Assembly: GCA_038087875.1 (NCBI GenBank)
Contig: JAXLNO010001347.1
Location: forward strand, 1 to 64,000
Direction: 5' to 3'
Origin: Malacoraja senta
Lineage: Eukaryota
Length of the DNA: 64,000 nucleotides
The notes beneath the pieces are model-generated. The model searched no databases. It saw only the letters and a list, made by a program, of their open reading frames with translations, and was not told the DNA's origin. A program made the translations under genes and the position numbers. Positions 25,681-36,640 of the stretch are shown here, in pieces. Each line of letters starts with the position of its first letter. Positions within the stretch are counted from its first letter, which is position 1.

Positions 25681-26379
25681 TGTCTGGTTTAACATAACGG
25701 GTGACTATATATTAAGTAGGATTAAATATGATGAGCTTGCTTGGGTGCCTGTGAATGTGATGCTTCTGCCACAGAACTCTAGGATGATCTGATGTGATGC
25801 TGACAGCTGCTGTGTGATTTGTATATCTTGTTTGTATGTGTACTTTGTCTTGTTAATAAATGTTGAGGGCAAAACAAAATGTAGGTGCTGGCTCGAGGGG
25901 CTGAATGGCCTACTCCTGCACCTATTGTCTATTGTCAAAGATCCTTTCTTTGAATCTGACAATGTTTTATTCATCATAAAACATGAACTCACTTCTTTCC
26001 CTTTCCACGGATACTGCTCAAACGGCTGAGTATTTCTAACCTTTACAGTTCATGTGCTCCTGGTTAGAGAGGATTGAAGCTGGAGGGCAATATCCACTCT
26101 GTTGTCAGTAGTGCTCATTCAACCATCGTTCCAGGCTTAGACTATGATAGACATTTGTCCACTGTACAGTGGGAAGTATCACAGCTGAATCAGCTACTTT
26201 ATCTACCAACCATCAGCTCCCATCTCCTGCCTGAGAAATGTCAGCTGATTGTAACCAAGAAATAGAAACTTGTGTGAATGTTTACAGTCTCTAACTGATG
26301 GCTACTGAGGCAAGTTGTGGTTCTCTGATCTTTCTGAGTAAGGTCAATTAATCTGGGGGAAAAAAGACACAATGTGCTG

Positions 26380-26540
26380 GAGTAACTCAACGGGTCAGGC
26401 GGAATCTCTGGAGAACATGGATAGGTGAGGTTTTGGGTCGGGACTACTTCAGACTAAAGGGCTGCAACCCGAAATGTCACCTGCCTAACCTGCTGAGTTT
26501 CTCCAACACTTTGTGTCTTTTATTGGTAAACTCTCATCTG
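26380..26540. repeat. Head-to-head Penelope terminal-repeat derivative
   Basis: gctggagtaactca...gacc / cccgaaatgtcacc...gctgagtttctcca inverted pair similar to 36641-36740. Confidence 0.65.
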
Positions 26541-26695
26541 CAGTACCTTGTGTCTCAGTTAATCTGGATCACAAGTTAAACTCAAGACTTCTGATCTAAA
26601 TTAGTCCGTGTGGTTAATGCCTGGTCTTTGGGGGAGCTTTTGAATGATGTCCATTTATTCTACAAATGTGAACTCTGTGTTTATTATTTTGACAG

Positions 26696-26803
26696 AGAAT
26701 TACACTTTTATATACATCATTGTTGGAATTATCGGGAGTCTGGCTGTTCTCATCGTCATTGTACTGGCAGTGGTGTGGTGTCAAAGAAGGCGCAAGCCTA
26801 CAG
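26696..26803 (+). CDS. CD4/LAG-3-like receptor: transmembrane exon
   Basis: ttttgacag| ... G|gtaaaa, 108 nt, phase 1-1; ENYTFIYIIVGIIGSLAVLIVIVLAVVWCQRRRKPT. Confidence 0.92.
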
Positions 26804-27512
26804 GTAAAATACATGAAGACATCCTTAATGCAGCACAGATTCCCCAAATTATCAATGACAATGTTATCTTTGTTACAAGGAGAAAAGAACAATATGATTT
26901 GGATAAGAAAAGTATCTGTTTGTGCTTATGTTGTTGAGAAATTGATTTCAGACTTTTTGTGGTCAATTAAAGCATTATTTATGCAATGTGGATTGTCTAC
27001 CTGTCTACCTGCGTTGCCATGAGGAGTCTGCTGTATGATTTCAGGTGCTGTTCTGCAATGATCTGACCACGTGGTGATTGTGTCACCATCCCCTGTGTAA
27101 ACCATTATCAAATAAACATGCCAGAAGTTGAAGTATAGCTAGTGTAATCATGTAGAAAATATGGTCTCCAATTTGCCCTCGATATGTTCCTATTTACTGA
27201 GGGATAAATATTGGGCAGGAAACCAGGAGACCAAGGTATCTCCACTGCACTTTGGTGGTTCAAACTTAAAGTGAAAACTTTCCCTTGTGTACCATCCTAA
27301 TATGGTCATAATTTAGGGAACACTGTGTTTCCATGGACTCTGATTTTATACACATGGTCTTGTCCCACCATTAAATGTCTCTGACATACATCTGAAGCCA
27401 TGTTCCTGGTCGATCTCATTATTATTGGGGTACAGTTTAAACACAGGATTGCTGCTTCTTTAAAATCAAGCCGGATTAAAGTCTTAATCAGAAAATAATA
27501 ATTATTTTCCAG

Positions 27513-27567
27513 AAATTAATGTGACCCCAGTACCTGAGATGAGCCATGTTGCTGAATATATGTCTGA
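27513..27567 (+). CDS. CD4/LAG-3-like receptor: candidate cytoplasmic exon 1 (alternative donor at 27588 includes an in-frame TAG)
   Basis: ttattttccag| phase 1, EINVTPVPEMSHVAEYMS; both donors (GA|gtagga, AG|gtaaat) are phase 2. Confidence 0.5.
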
Positions 27568-28059
27568 GTAGGAAGACAAAGCAAGAAGGTAAATAGATGA
27601 CTCAGTCAATGAATCTCTAGTTGTAGAGGTGTTGTATTTGATGAAGCAACCTATTTCACATTTCACAGTTTTGTAACAAGAATGTGAGGAAGGGAACCTC
27701 AAGCACACAAACTAATTGATCAATTCAACAGTCTCTCTTGTGTCAATTCACCCCTCAGTCCCAATCTTCCTCATCCAACTGCAGGTCTTACTCTGCATTG
27801 GTCAATTGACTAATTTTCACTGGACTATCATGGTCAACCCATGAATGTTGAGACATCACCATGAACAACATATTCACACTCCTAATTTATTGTTGATCCT
27901 GATTAACAGCTTGGTTAGTGGCTCTCTAAAGAATGGACAACACTTGCCCTTTCAAAAGTCACCATCCCTTTCACAAAATATCATCTAGCATTTAATGCCT
28001 CCAATTCACTTTGCCACTAGTTCAGATTTTATTCTAAAGTGAAAATAACAACAACATTT

Positions 28060-28265
28060 CAGAATGGTTTGAGCAACATTAATAAATGGTGGAGAGGTGA
28101 TGTTTCGGATCGAGACCCTTCTTTTGACTCTGAAGAAGGGTCACGACCCGAAACATCACCTATACATGTCCTCCAGAGATGCTGCCTGACCTGCAGAGGT
28201 ACTCCAGCACTTTGTGTCCCTTTGTGTATTAACCAGCATCTGCAGTTCTTTGTTTCCACCTTAGA
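28060..28265. repeat. Head-to-head Penelope terminal-repeat derivative with degenerate hammerhead core
   Basis: aggtgatgtttcgg...cttc / ctgaagaagggtcacgacccgaaacatcacct palindromic junction. Confidence 0.7.
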
Positions 28266-28269
28266 CAGA

Positions 28270-28995
28270 ATCAGATTCAGATTTTATTCGCCAAGTATGT
28301 TTTGCAACATACGAGGAATTTCACTGGCCAGGTCAGTCATACAATTAAAAAGCAACAGACACAAAAACACATTTTAACATGAACATCCACCACAGTGACT
28401 CCTACACATTCCTCACTGTGATGGAAGGTGAAATAAAGTTCAAGTCCTTCACTTGTGTTCTTCCTCGGTCGGGGGCCTCGAGCCTCCGTGGACGGGATGA
28501 TCTTGACTCCCGTAGCCGGCGGTGTTCGGGCCGTCCGCGTCGAGGCGTTCAGCTCCCGCATCGGGGGGATGTCAGCTCCCCCACGCCGGGCGATCAAACC
28601 TCGCATCGGGGCTGGTTGAACCTTCTGCGGCGTTGGAGCTCCCGACTCAGCCTCTCCTGAGACTGCGAGCCATTGATGGTAAGTCCGCAGGTCGCGGTGG
28701 GAGCGATCCCAGGCAAGGGATCCGCTCCGATGTTAAGTCCGCTCCCCGCGGTGGGGCTCACGACAGTCCGGGGCGGCTTCCAGCTCCATCGATGGTAGGC
28801 AGCAGAGCCCGAAGAATGTGATCCGAAAAATGATCACATCTCTGGGAAGGTGAGAAACTGAAAAAAAGTTTCCCCCGACCCCCCCCACCCTCCCCCACAT
28901 AAAACAAACTGAAGTACATTAAATCAAACTTTTAACAAACACTAAAATAACAAAAAGATGAATAAACGAACAGACTGCCGGCAGGGCTGCCATCA
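28270..28995 (-). repeat. CpG-rich dispersed repeat (probably a LINE-mobilised non-autonomous element)
   Basis: Right end is the reverse complement of the same style of 5' block as 33335-33470 (ggcagc...T-rich...G-run...gggggaaac). Confidence 0.55.
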
Positions 28996-29168
28996 CCCTG
29001 GTGGTCAAATGGTGGACAGTATTGTTTTTGCCAGAATTTAGACCACATTTCTGATGAATCTGATGAACAGAGAAATCTTTCTTGAAAAATCTGAGGGAAC
29101 CTTTCAATAAATCAGACATTGCTCATGTTTTAATGAGAAAAATATCAGTTCCTTACCTTATTCCACAG

Positions 29169-29200
29169 TCTGGATCAATTGTATTCCACTGTGTTCCACT
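29169..29200 (+). CDS. CD4/LAG-3-like receptor: candidate cytoplasmic exon 2 (LDQLYSTVFH)
   Basis: Strong acceptor ttccttaccttattccacag, 32 nt, phase 2-1, links the candidate exon 1 to the 32019 exon in frame. Confidence 0.5.
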
Positions 29201-29902
29201 GTAAAGGGATCGATTGTGTTCATATATTGTCTTTCTGCTGATGCAACAAAAGCTTTTCCCTGAACCTCGGCACACATGACAATAAACTAAACTGTACCTC
29301 AGCTGATCATATCTCCCCATATTCCTTGATCTTAGTCCACATATGACTGGTCTCTAGTTTGTGTTTCGCAGTCTTTTTTTCCACTAACCTGTGGTCTTTG
29401 TAATTTATGCTTCATTTATGTGTTGTGTTGCCTTAGTCAAAATGCATCTGATGCTGCTGCAGGCAATATTTTCATTGTACATGTACCTCGCCATTGTTGT
29501 GTATCTGTCAATAAATTCAACAACTACTAAAATGTACTGAATGATTTGGCTCCAGCCAAATGTGTGGTAGAGAATGTAACCGATTCTTTGTTCTCCTCAT
29601 CTTCATCCTTATTGTCTCTTGTCTTCAACCTTTACCCCTGGTCATGGTCTCCCTCAACAGGGAACATCTTCCTCCATCCAGACTGGTCTACCTGTTGGAA
29701 TTTTCTATGTTTCCATGAGAACCATTGCCATTCTTCTAAACTCCACAAGCCAAATTAACTCAAATTCTCTTTGTAATTTCCACCATCCCAGGAAGAAGTC
29801 AAAACAAGGAGGTTAGGAGATGTGACTTTTCATGGATGGGTTTTTCAAACTGCTGGAGGTACTCTATGGGTCGAGCAGCATCTGTGGAGGGAAGGCGATG
29901 AT

Positions 29903-30480
29903 CAATAGGCAATAGACAATAGACAATAGGTGCAGAAGTAGGCCATTTGGCCCTTCGTGCAAGCACCGCCATTCAATGTGATCATGGCTGATCATCCCCA
30001 ATCAGTACCCTGTTCTTGCCTTCTCCCATCCCCCGACTCTCCTATCTTTAAGAGCCCTATCTAGCTCTCTCTTGAAAGCATCCAGAGAACCAGCCTCCAC
30101 CGCCCTCTGAGGCAGAGAATTCCACAGACTCACAACTCTCTGTGAGAAAAAGTGTTTCCTCGTCTCCGTTCTAAATGGCTTACTCCTTATTCTTAAACTG
30201 TGGCCCTGGTTCTGGTCTCCCCCAACATCGGGAACATGTTTTCTGCCTCTAGCGTGTCCAGACCCTTAATAATCTTATATAATCTGCTAAACCCCAGAGT
30301 GTACAAGCCCAGCTGCTCCATTCTCTCAGCATATGACAGTCCCGCATCCCGGGAATTAACCATGTAAACTTACGCTGCCCTCCCTCAATAGCAAGAATGT
30401 CCTTCCTCAAATTAGGGGACCAAAACTGCACACAATACCCCAGGTGTGGTCTCACTAGGGCTCTGTACAACTGCAGAAGG
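29903..30480 (-). mobile_element. CR1 LINE 3' fragment
   Basis: (caataga)n tail, 3'UTR, ORF LLQLYRALVRPHLGYCVQFWSP. Confidence 0.9.
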
Positions 30481-32018
30481 ATCAACGTTTCGTATCATTG
30501 ACTTAAATCATCCTTTTTGAAATACAAATAAATTCTTTGTTTCCAACTTATTTCCACACAGAGGAAGGTATTCATTATGGATCCATCTCCTTCCAGCCAA
30601 AAGCAACTGGTGGTAAAATGACTTTATTTAAATATGTTTTAATCTTTTATCACAGTGAGGATTATTGGCACTGAGTAGTCTGAAACCCTGCTGTCTTTGG
30701 CCACTTTACAACAGCATCAGGCATTCCTGGGATAAAGTCCCTCACTCTGTCCGTGGAAATGAAGTGGGACAGTCAGCTGAGGCTCAGTTAGGAGCCGAAC
30801 CTTCTGTGGGTGGGTTCAGCCTCCCCAGCCTTCTCCGAGTGTGTTCTGGTTCCCTAAACTACAGGGAGTGTGGTCTGGTCCCCTAACCTACTCTAAGTGG
30901 GTTCTGGTCCCCTAGCCTACTCTGAATGGGTACAATAGCCACTCCAGAGATCCAACCAGTGACATCCAGGCTGCTGTTACAACACTGTTGTGCATTGTCG
31001 TTGGTGATGAGAAGTGAAACCAAGACACCATTTATGTCCATCTGAAGAACATTCTTCTGCACAACTCCTGACTGAGCTACAAGTGATCAGCACAATCTTC
31101 CTTGAATTATAAATTTTTGATATTGATTAGTAGGACTGGATGTTACAATCCCTAAGTTTCTTCACCACAACTGACACCCGATATTCTTGGGGGTGACCAC
31201 GAGGTGATTTTGCTACCAATCAGACACATCTTCAGTTGTGTACCTCAAAGTCACTGGGTGTTTCGGCCTTTTTATCACAAGACACCCTCAGTCAAGGCAG
31301 GCCCACCGCAGGGTGATCAGCCCTGGGTGTGTGTCTTATGGTTAGCCTCTAGATGGTCACGTGGCAGCCCAGACAGCATCTATTCTCTTCAGCCACAGCC
31401 AGTGACTGCTCCATTCTGCTTTTTTTACTTCCATCTTCCTCTTTACCGCTGACTGTGGCTGGTTGGGCTCTGGACTCGTGTCCGTTGGTGGGACAGTACT
31501 TGGTTGAGCTTCACCTGGGGTGCTGATACCCTGTGGACTGCGGTGGTTAACCTGCCACTGGGCTTCACTCAACTGATTTGGCCTACCTCTTAGAAGGTAA
31601 TGGTCAATGTGAGGCCCCACACCAAGCTCTCCCAGGCACTCTTCCCTGCCCTGGTGGATCTTGAGACCCTTCTCTGATGTTATCTTTTCCCAGCCACAGA
31701 TGCAGCTTCGTAGCTTATGTCCTGCCCGGGCTGCTGCTCTGTCAATTGCTGTGCTAGTTCACTTATTCATAGTCGATTCCTTCCGTAGCAATATAAGGGT
31801 GTCTTGTTCATGCTGACCATTCCTGCAGCTCACTGTAAATGCAGAGGTATGAGCATACAGATGACAGATGGGTTTTCTGGAATTCAATGTCTTGTTGATC
31901 TACTGTCAGGAAGAGCAAAATGTAGTAAGCTTTAGACTTTTATATTCCATTTGTCGTTTCCTTTGTCAACATAATCCACCAGTGTCATTTTTAATTGTGA
32001 TGTTTGCATTGATTACAG

Positions 32019-32062
32019 GCAGCAGCGATAATACACTGTCCTCCAATCAAACATCAGGCACT
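32019..32062 (+). CDS. CD4/LAG-3-like receptor: penultimate cytoplasmic exon (SSDNTLSSNQTSGT)
   Basis: gattacag| ... |gtaagt, 44 nt, phase 1-0. Confidence 0.68.
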
Positions 32063-32194
32063 GTAAGTATATTGATTCTTGTTGATGAAATCCCAGATCG
32101 TACAAGTATGAATTAAAGCTGTAATCTGTTTACTGATCTAAACAGCGACAACAGCAACGGTCTTAAATACAATTGGTATTTCTTCCTCTTTCAG

Positions 32195-32257
32195 AACCTT
32201 GTTTCTTCAAAGGAAGATGAGTCATCTGTCATCTATGCTGAAACAGTAAAAACATAA
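32195..32257 (+). CDS. CD4/LAG-3-like receptor: terminal coding exon (NLVSSKEDESSVIYAETVKT*)
   Basis: Acceptor tttcttcctctttcag, phase 0, ITIM-like VIYAET, TAA at 32255-32257. Confidence 0.72.
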   Translation, partial: NLVSSKEDESSVIYAETVKT

Positions 32258-32685
32258 ACATGAATACTGTGAAGAGAGTGGAAAGTAAAGGCTTGGACTT
32301 TGACAAGTGCAACGTTGCAATGTTTGGAATTGAATTTTTTACTTCATCTATATTACTAAAACTAAGATATTGACCACTTTCTGACTTTCTGTTTCGTGAT
32401 TTCTGAAAGAACGCCGCCACTTACGGACGTGATTTTTGGCCACCTCGCTCACAGTCCCCCTCCGCTGAGCTGGACTGGAGGCTTTTTCCCATCGATGAAA
32501 AATCAGAGAGTTGTTAATGTTTTAGTATTGGTTGTGAGTGTGTGTGTGTATGTCTGTGTGTGTGTTTTCAGAAATTATATTGGTTGTAAAGTGTTTGCAA
32601 ATTTGGAGACTTTAAACGTTTGAATCATTCGGTTTTCACACTATGTTTACCATGTTCTGAAGTTACTTAGCATTTTAGTCTTGGT

Positions 32686-32918
32686 TGTGTGTGTGTGAGT
32701 GACTGTGTGTGTGAGTGACTGTGTGTGTGTGTGTGTGTGTGAGTGAGTCTGTGTGTGCGTGCGTGCGTGTCTGAGAGTACGTGCGTGAGTGAGAGAGTGT
32801 GCGTGAGTGAGAGTGCGTGTGTGAGTGAGAGTGCGTGCGTGTCTGAGAGTGTGTGTGTGTCTGAGAGTGTGTGTGTGTCTGAGAGTGTGTGTGTGTCTGA
32901 GAGTGTGCATGTGTGTGT
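32686..32918. repeat. Compound (GT/GA) microsatellite
   Basis: gtgtgtgtgagtgact and gtctgagagtgtgtgt units. Confidence 0.95.
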
Positions 32919-33060
32919 ATAGGGGGGTTGCACGCAAGGTCACCGGGTCAAAGGGCATGATGCATGGAGCCGCTCAATCCATCTGGAGGACATCGCAGCT
33001 TCCGGTATATGTTGTTAATACACGAAACACGTACTTTCCTACCTCTTAAAAACCGCCAAA

Positions 33061-33290
33061 ATGGCGAATTTTTGCGCTGTAAATAATTGTGGAAGTCGGG
33101 GTAACCGTGAGAGATCTATCCTACTTCAGAATTCTAAACGTGAAGCGAAATGAAGGTAAAGAGAAGCGAGAGCTGAAGGGACAACAACAGCTAAAGTGCT
33201 TGGCGAACATTGGCCGTGCAGATATCGAGATTGAAAATATTGGGAATTATTGCCTTTGCTCACTGCATTTCATCAACAGCAAGGCATTAT
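33061..33290 (+). pseudogene. Frameshifted THAP zinc-finger domain remnant (DNA-transposon derived)
   Basis: MANFCAVNNCGSR..R / SYFRI...LANIGRAD...CSLHFI, the C2CH THAP signature split by one frameshift. Confidence 0.7.
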
Positions 33291-33324
33291 TTGTGTTTTT
33301 TCTTGATTCCTTAGGTATCGGGTA

Positions 33325-34200
33325 GGGGGCGCTGCTCTGGGCAGCGGCCATGTCAGCAGCACGTCAGTTTTTTCAACTTTTTTTTATTTTTTAGTATGTT
33401 TTAAAGTATGTATTTTGTGTTTATTTGTGTGTCTTGCGTGGGGGGTGGTGTGGGGGGGTAAGGGGGAAACCGCTTCGGTCGCCTCCTCCATGGAGAGGCG
33501 ACTTTTTCCAGGTCGCCTCCCCCGTGGCCTAACATCAAGGATCGGCGCGGCCTTTCCCGGAGACGCGCCCGGGGCTTCAGCGGCGGGCGCAGCGTGGACT
33601 CTCGGCGTGGAGCGGGTGAGCCCTCGCTGGGGCTCGCTGGAGGGGAGCGCTCCGTTTCGCTGGCCCGGGGCAGCTGGCAGCCTGAAGTCGCAGCCTGAAG
33701 TCGCGGTCTGCAGAGCTCCAGCTGGTGCGGCGTCTACAGCCCGGGATCCCTCGTGGGGGACCCGGTGGGGGAAGAAGAAGCCATCACTGCCGGCCCACGG
33801 CCAACTTCTACCGCGGGGCCGGCATGGACTTACCAACACCCCTGCAGGGGAGCTTCGACCGCCGGCCCTGCAGTCTACGGTGCTTCTGGCTGCGGCGGAG
33901 ACTTTAAATCTCGACAGCCGGCCTGCGGCCTACAACAACTTAAAGCCGTGGTCTCCGGTGAGGAAGAGCCGATCTTGGACTGACTCTGGACTCTGGTCCT
34001 GTTCACGGAGGGGAAATGGAGGAGGATTGGCCAAATTTTTGTGCCTTCCACCACAGTGTTGAATGCTGTGGTGGATGTTTGTGTTACATTTTTTTTTTTA
34101 TTGTGGTTGTGTGTTCTTATTATTGTATCGCTGCTGACAACCCAAAATTCCACCAGCTTGGCTGTGTGGTCATTAAAAATACTATACTATACTATACTAT
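33325..34200 (+). repeat. CpG-rich dispersed repeat with (TACTA)n-like tail
   Basis: GC-rich body, LINE-like 3' end ...attaaaaatactatactactatact; related to 28270-28995. Confidence 0.6.
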
Positions 34201-34862
34201 CTAAAAAGTTTCAGAAGTGATAAATCTGGCTGTAAAATTTTAAAATCGCCCATGGTTCTGAAGTGGGTTTGTACATGCAAAAAAGAAATGCTTCTGAAGC
34301 TAAATTTATCATTAAAGAAATCTCCAGACTTACGAGTGATGTGTAGAAAAGTTTTCTATCATTATGCTATTGAGATGTATATTTTGGCAAATAATAAAAT
34401 GTCCTGACAGCTTAAACACCCACTGTCCTTCAATAGGATATTGTCAATTTGCTGAGGTTGATTATGTCCAATTAACAGCTAACAATTATGCCATTCCTTG
34501 GCTTGCATCTGAGTAAAATGTAATTTGGGTGATCACAGAGGAAGAGGACTTAACTTTTTGATGCCGTGGACAGTGGAACATTTTGATTCTGTTGTGGGGG
34601 GAAGTTCATGTTGAATTCTATAATGTGTTGTGTCATTATTTCTTTTATGTAAAGCACTTTGGTTTCAACGCGAGTTGATTTAAACATGCTATATAAATAA
34701 AATGTACTTACTTACTTACGTATGGTTTGTGATTTTTTTACCCACACCCACCCAAAACCACCCTCACCCACTCGAAACCACCCTCACCAACCACACCCAC
34801 CCTCACCCACCGGAAACCACCCACACCCACCCGAAACCACCCGAAACCACCCTCACCCACCC

Positions 34863-36016
34863 TTACAGGGTCTTGGTGAGACCACACCTGGAGTATTGCG
34901 TACAGTTTTTGTCTCCTAATCTGAGGAAAGACATTCTTGCCATAGAGGGAGTACAGAGAAGGTTCACCAGACTGATTCCTGGGATGTCAGGACTTTCATA
35001 TGAAGAAAGACTGGATAGACTCGGCTTGTACTCGCTGGAATTTAGAAGATTGAGGGGGGGATCTTATGGAAACTTACAAAATTCTTCAGGGGTTGGACAG
35101 GCTAGATGCAGGAAGATTGAACCCGATGTTGGGGAAGTCCAGAACAAGGGGTCACAGTTTAAGGATAAGCGGGAAGTCTTTTAGGACCGAGATGAGAAAA
35201 ACATTTTTTTTTCACACAGAGAGTGGTGAATCTGTGGAATTCTCTGCCACAGAAGGTAGTTGAGGCCAGTTCATTGGCTATATTTAAGAGGGAGTTAGAT
35301 GTGGCCCTTGTGGCTAAAGGGATCAGGGGATATGGAGAGAAGGCAGGTACAGGATACTGAGTTGGATGATCAGCCATCTTCTTCTGTCATGTGTCTTTTA
35401 GACCTGCAGCTCTGTTGAGGCGAGCCAGGCCAATGTATCATCGTCCAGGTCAATCAGACCTCGTTCACCGTTCGGTCGCCGATGTGTGCTCCACTGTCTG
35501 TGTTGGGTCCCCACACTCGCAGGAGGCACTCGCTGTCCACGAGGCCCCCACCTCTTCATCACTACTCCATAGCGTCCTCAAGCGGTTGAGGGTTGACCAC
35601 TGCTTTCGGGGCAGGTCCTGGCCAGGGACGTCCATGGGGTCATCGATGTAATGGTGTAGCCTAGATGTTTCCGCTGACTTCAACTGGTCTCTCCATCTCG
35701 TCTTGACCATCTGGTCAAAGACAGCCTCTACGCGGCCTCCTCTACGAGTAGCTTACAGGATCATAAGCCCACAAAGCGAAACCAATGTCTTTACCACGTC
35801 TGCAGACCGCTAAAAGCCATGCCTCCCCAGGCCAGGCGGCACCGTTAAATGCCGCCAACTGTCGAGGTTTAGCGCTACTGCAGCTCAATGTTGAAGGCCT
35901 TACCACCGCCAAGCTCAACGTCATCGAACAGATGATCAGCCATGATCACATTGAATGACGGTGCTGGCTCGAAGGGCCGAATGGCCTACTCCTGCACCAA
36001 TTGTCTATGTTTCTAT
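34863..36016 (+). mobile_element. CR1 LINE 3' fragment, interrupted by a Vingi-like insertion
   Basis: [18 protein letters not shown]...; 3'UTR resumes after 35943 and ends tctatgtttctatg. Confidence 0.9.
35378..35930 (-). mobile_element. Vingi/Ingi-like (I-group) non-LTR insertion with inverted 5' segment and 13-bp TSD
   Basis: TSD gatgatcagccat (35365-35377, 35931-35943). The - strand gives the C-terminal LPRKQWSTLNRLRT..CECG..TVEH; the + strand 35720-35930 gives the APE N-terminus LQLNVEGLTTAK. Confidence 0.65.
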
Positions 36017-36640
36017 GAAACCGCCCTCACCAGAAACCACCCACAAAACCACCCTCACGCACCCACACCCACCCTCAACCACCCACACCCACCCACCCGA
36101 AACCACCCTCAACCACCCACACACCCGAAACCACCCTCAACCACCCACACACCCGAAACCACCCTCACCCACCCTCACCCACCCAAAACCACCCTCACCC
36201 ACCCGAAACCACCCTCACCCACCCGAAACCACCCTCACCCACCCGAAACCAACCTCACCCACCCGCCCAAAGCTCCAACCGCCAACCGCCGACCTACCTG
36301 CCTTCACCAAGATGGCCGCCGGCTGCCGACCTCACCTGCCCTCACCAAGATGGCCGCCAAATGCCGACCTCACCAAGATGTTCTCTATCACTCTATGACC
36401 AAGTGACTGCAACATTTTACCTTCAGTGTGATGCAGCATCTTCACATTCGCCGCCATTTTGTGTCGGCCTTCACATTTGAAAACAAACCGCCATCGAGCC
36501 ACTGCCAGCTGAAGCCACGCCCTCGGATCTCCGGTGACGTCATGGCGCAGGGAGGGCGGACGTCACGGCGCAGGGCGGGCGGGGAGGGCGAACGTCACGG
36601 CGCAGGGCGGGCGGGGAGGGCGGCAGCTTCATCTTGTTGG

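Larger units (their letters stand above)
34740..36275. repeat. 20-bp minisatellite (AAACCACCCTCACCCACCCG) split into 34740-34862 and 36017-36275 by a CR1 insertion
   Basis: Same unit on both sides; three perfect consecutive copies at ~36187-36246. Confidence 0.85.

Noticed and set aside
31027-31044. ITSM/ITIM-like TIYVHL peptide in the receptor's long tail intron
   Set aside because: In-frame TGA three codons upstream and no usable acceptor; treated as chance.
12180-32257. Assigning the gene symbol CD4 or LAG3
   Set aside because: Architecture fits the family, but the diagnostic tail motifs are absent and synteny markers are not in the window.
32647-33049. His/Thr- and Val/Cys-repeat ORFs
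   Set aside because: Translations of a microsatellite.
33384-34153. GC-rich ORFs up to 215 aa on both strands
   Set aside because: They lie in a dispersed CpG-rich repeat; low-complexity translation, no domain or splice support.
34740-36275. CRISPR-like or telomeric array
   Set aside because: Contiguous degenerate 20-mers with no unique spacers and no TTAGGG units; eukaryotic minisatellite.
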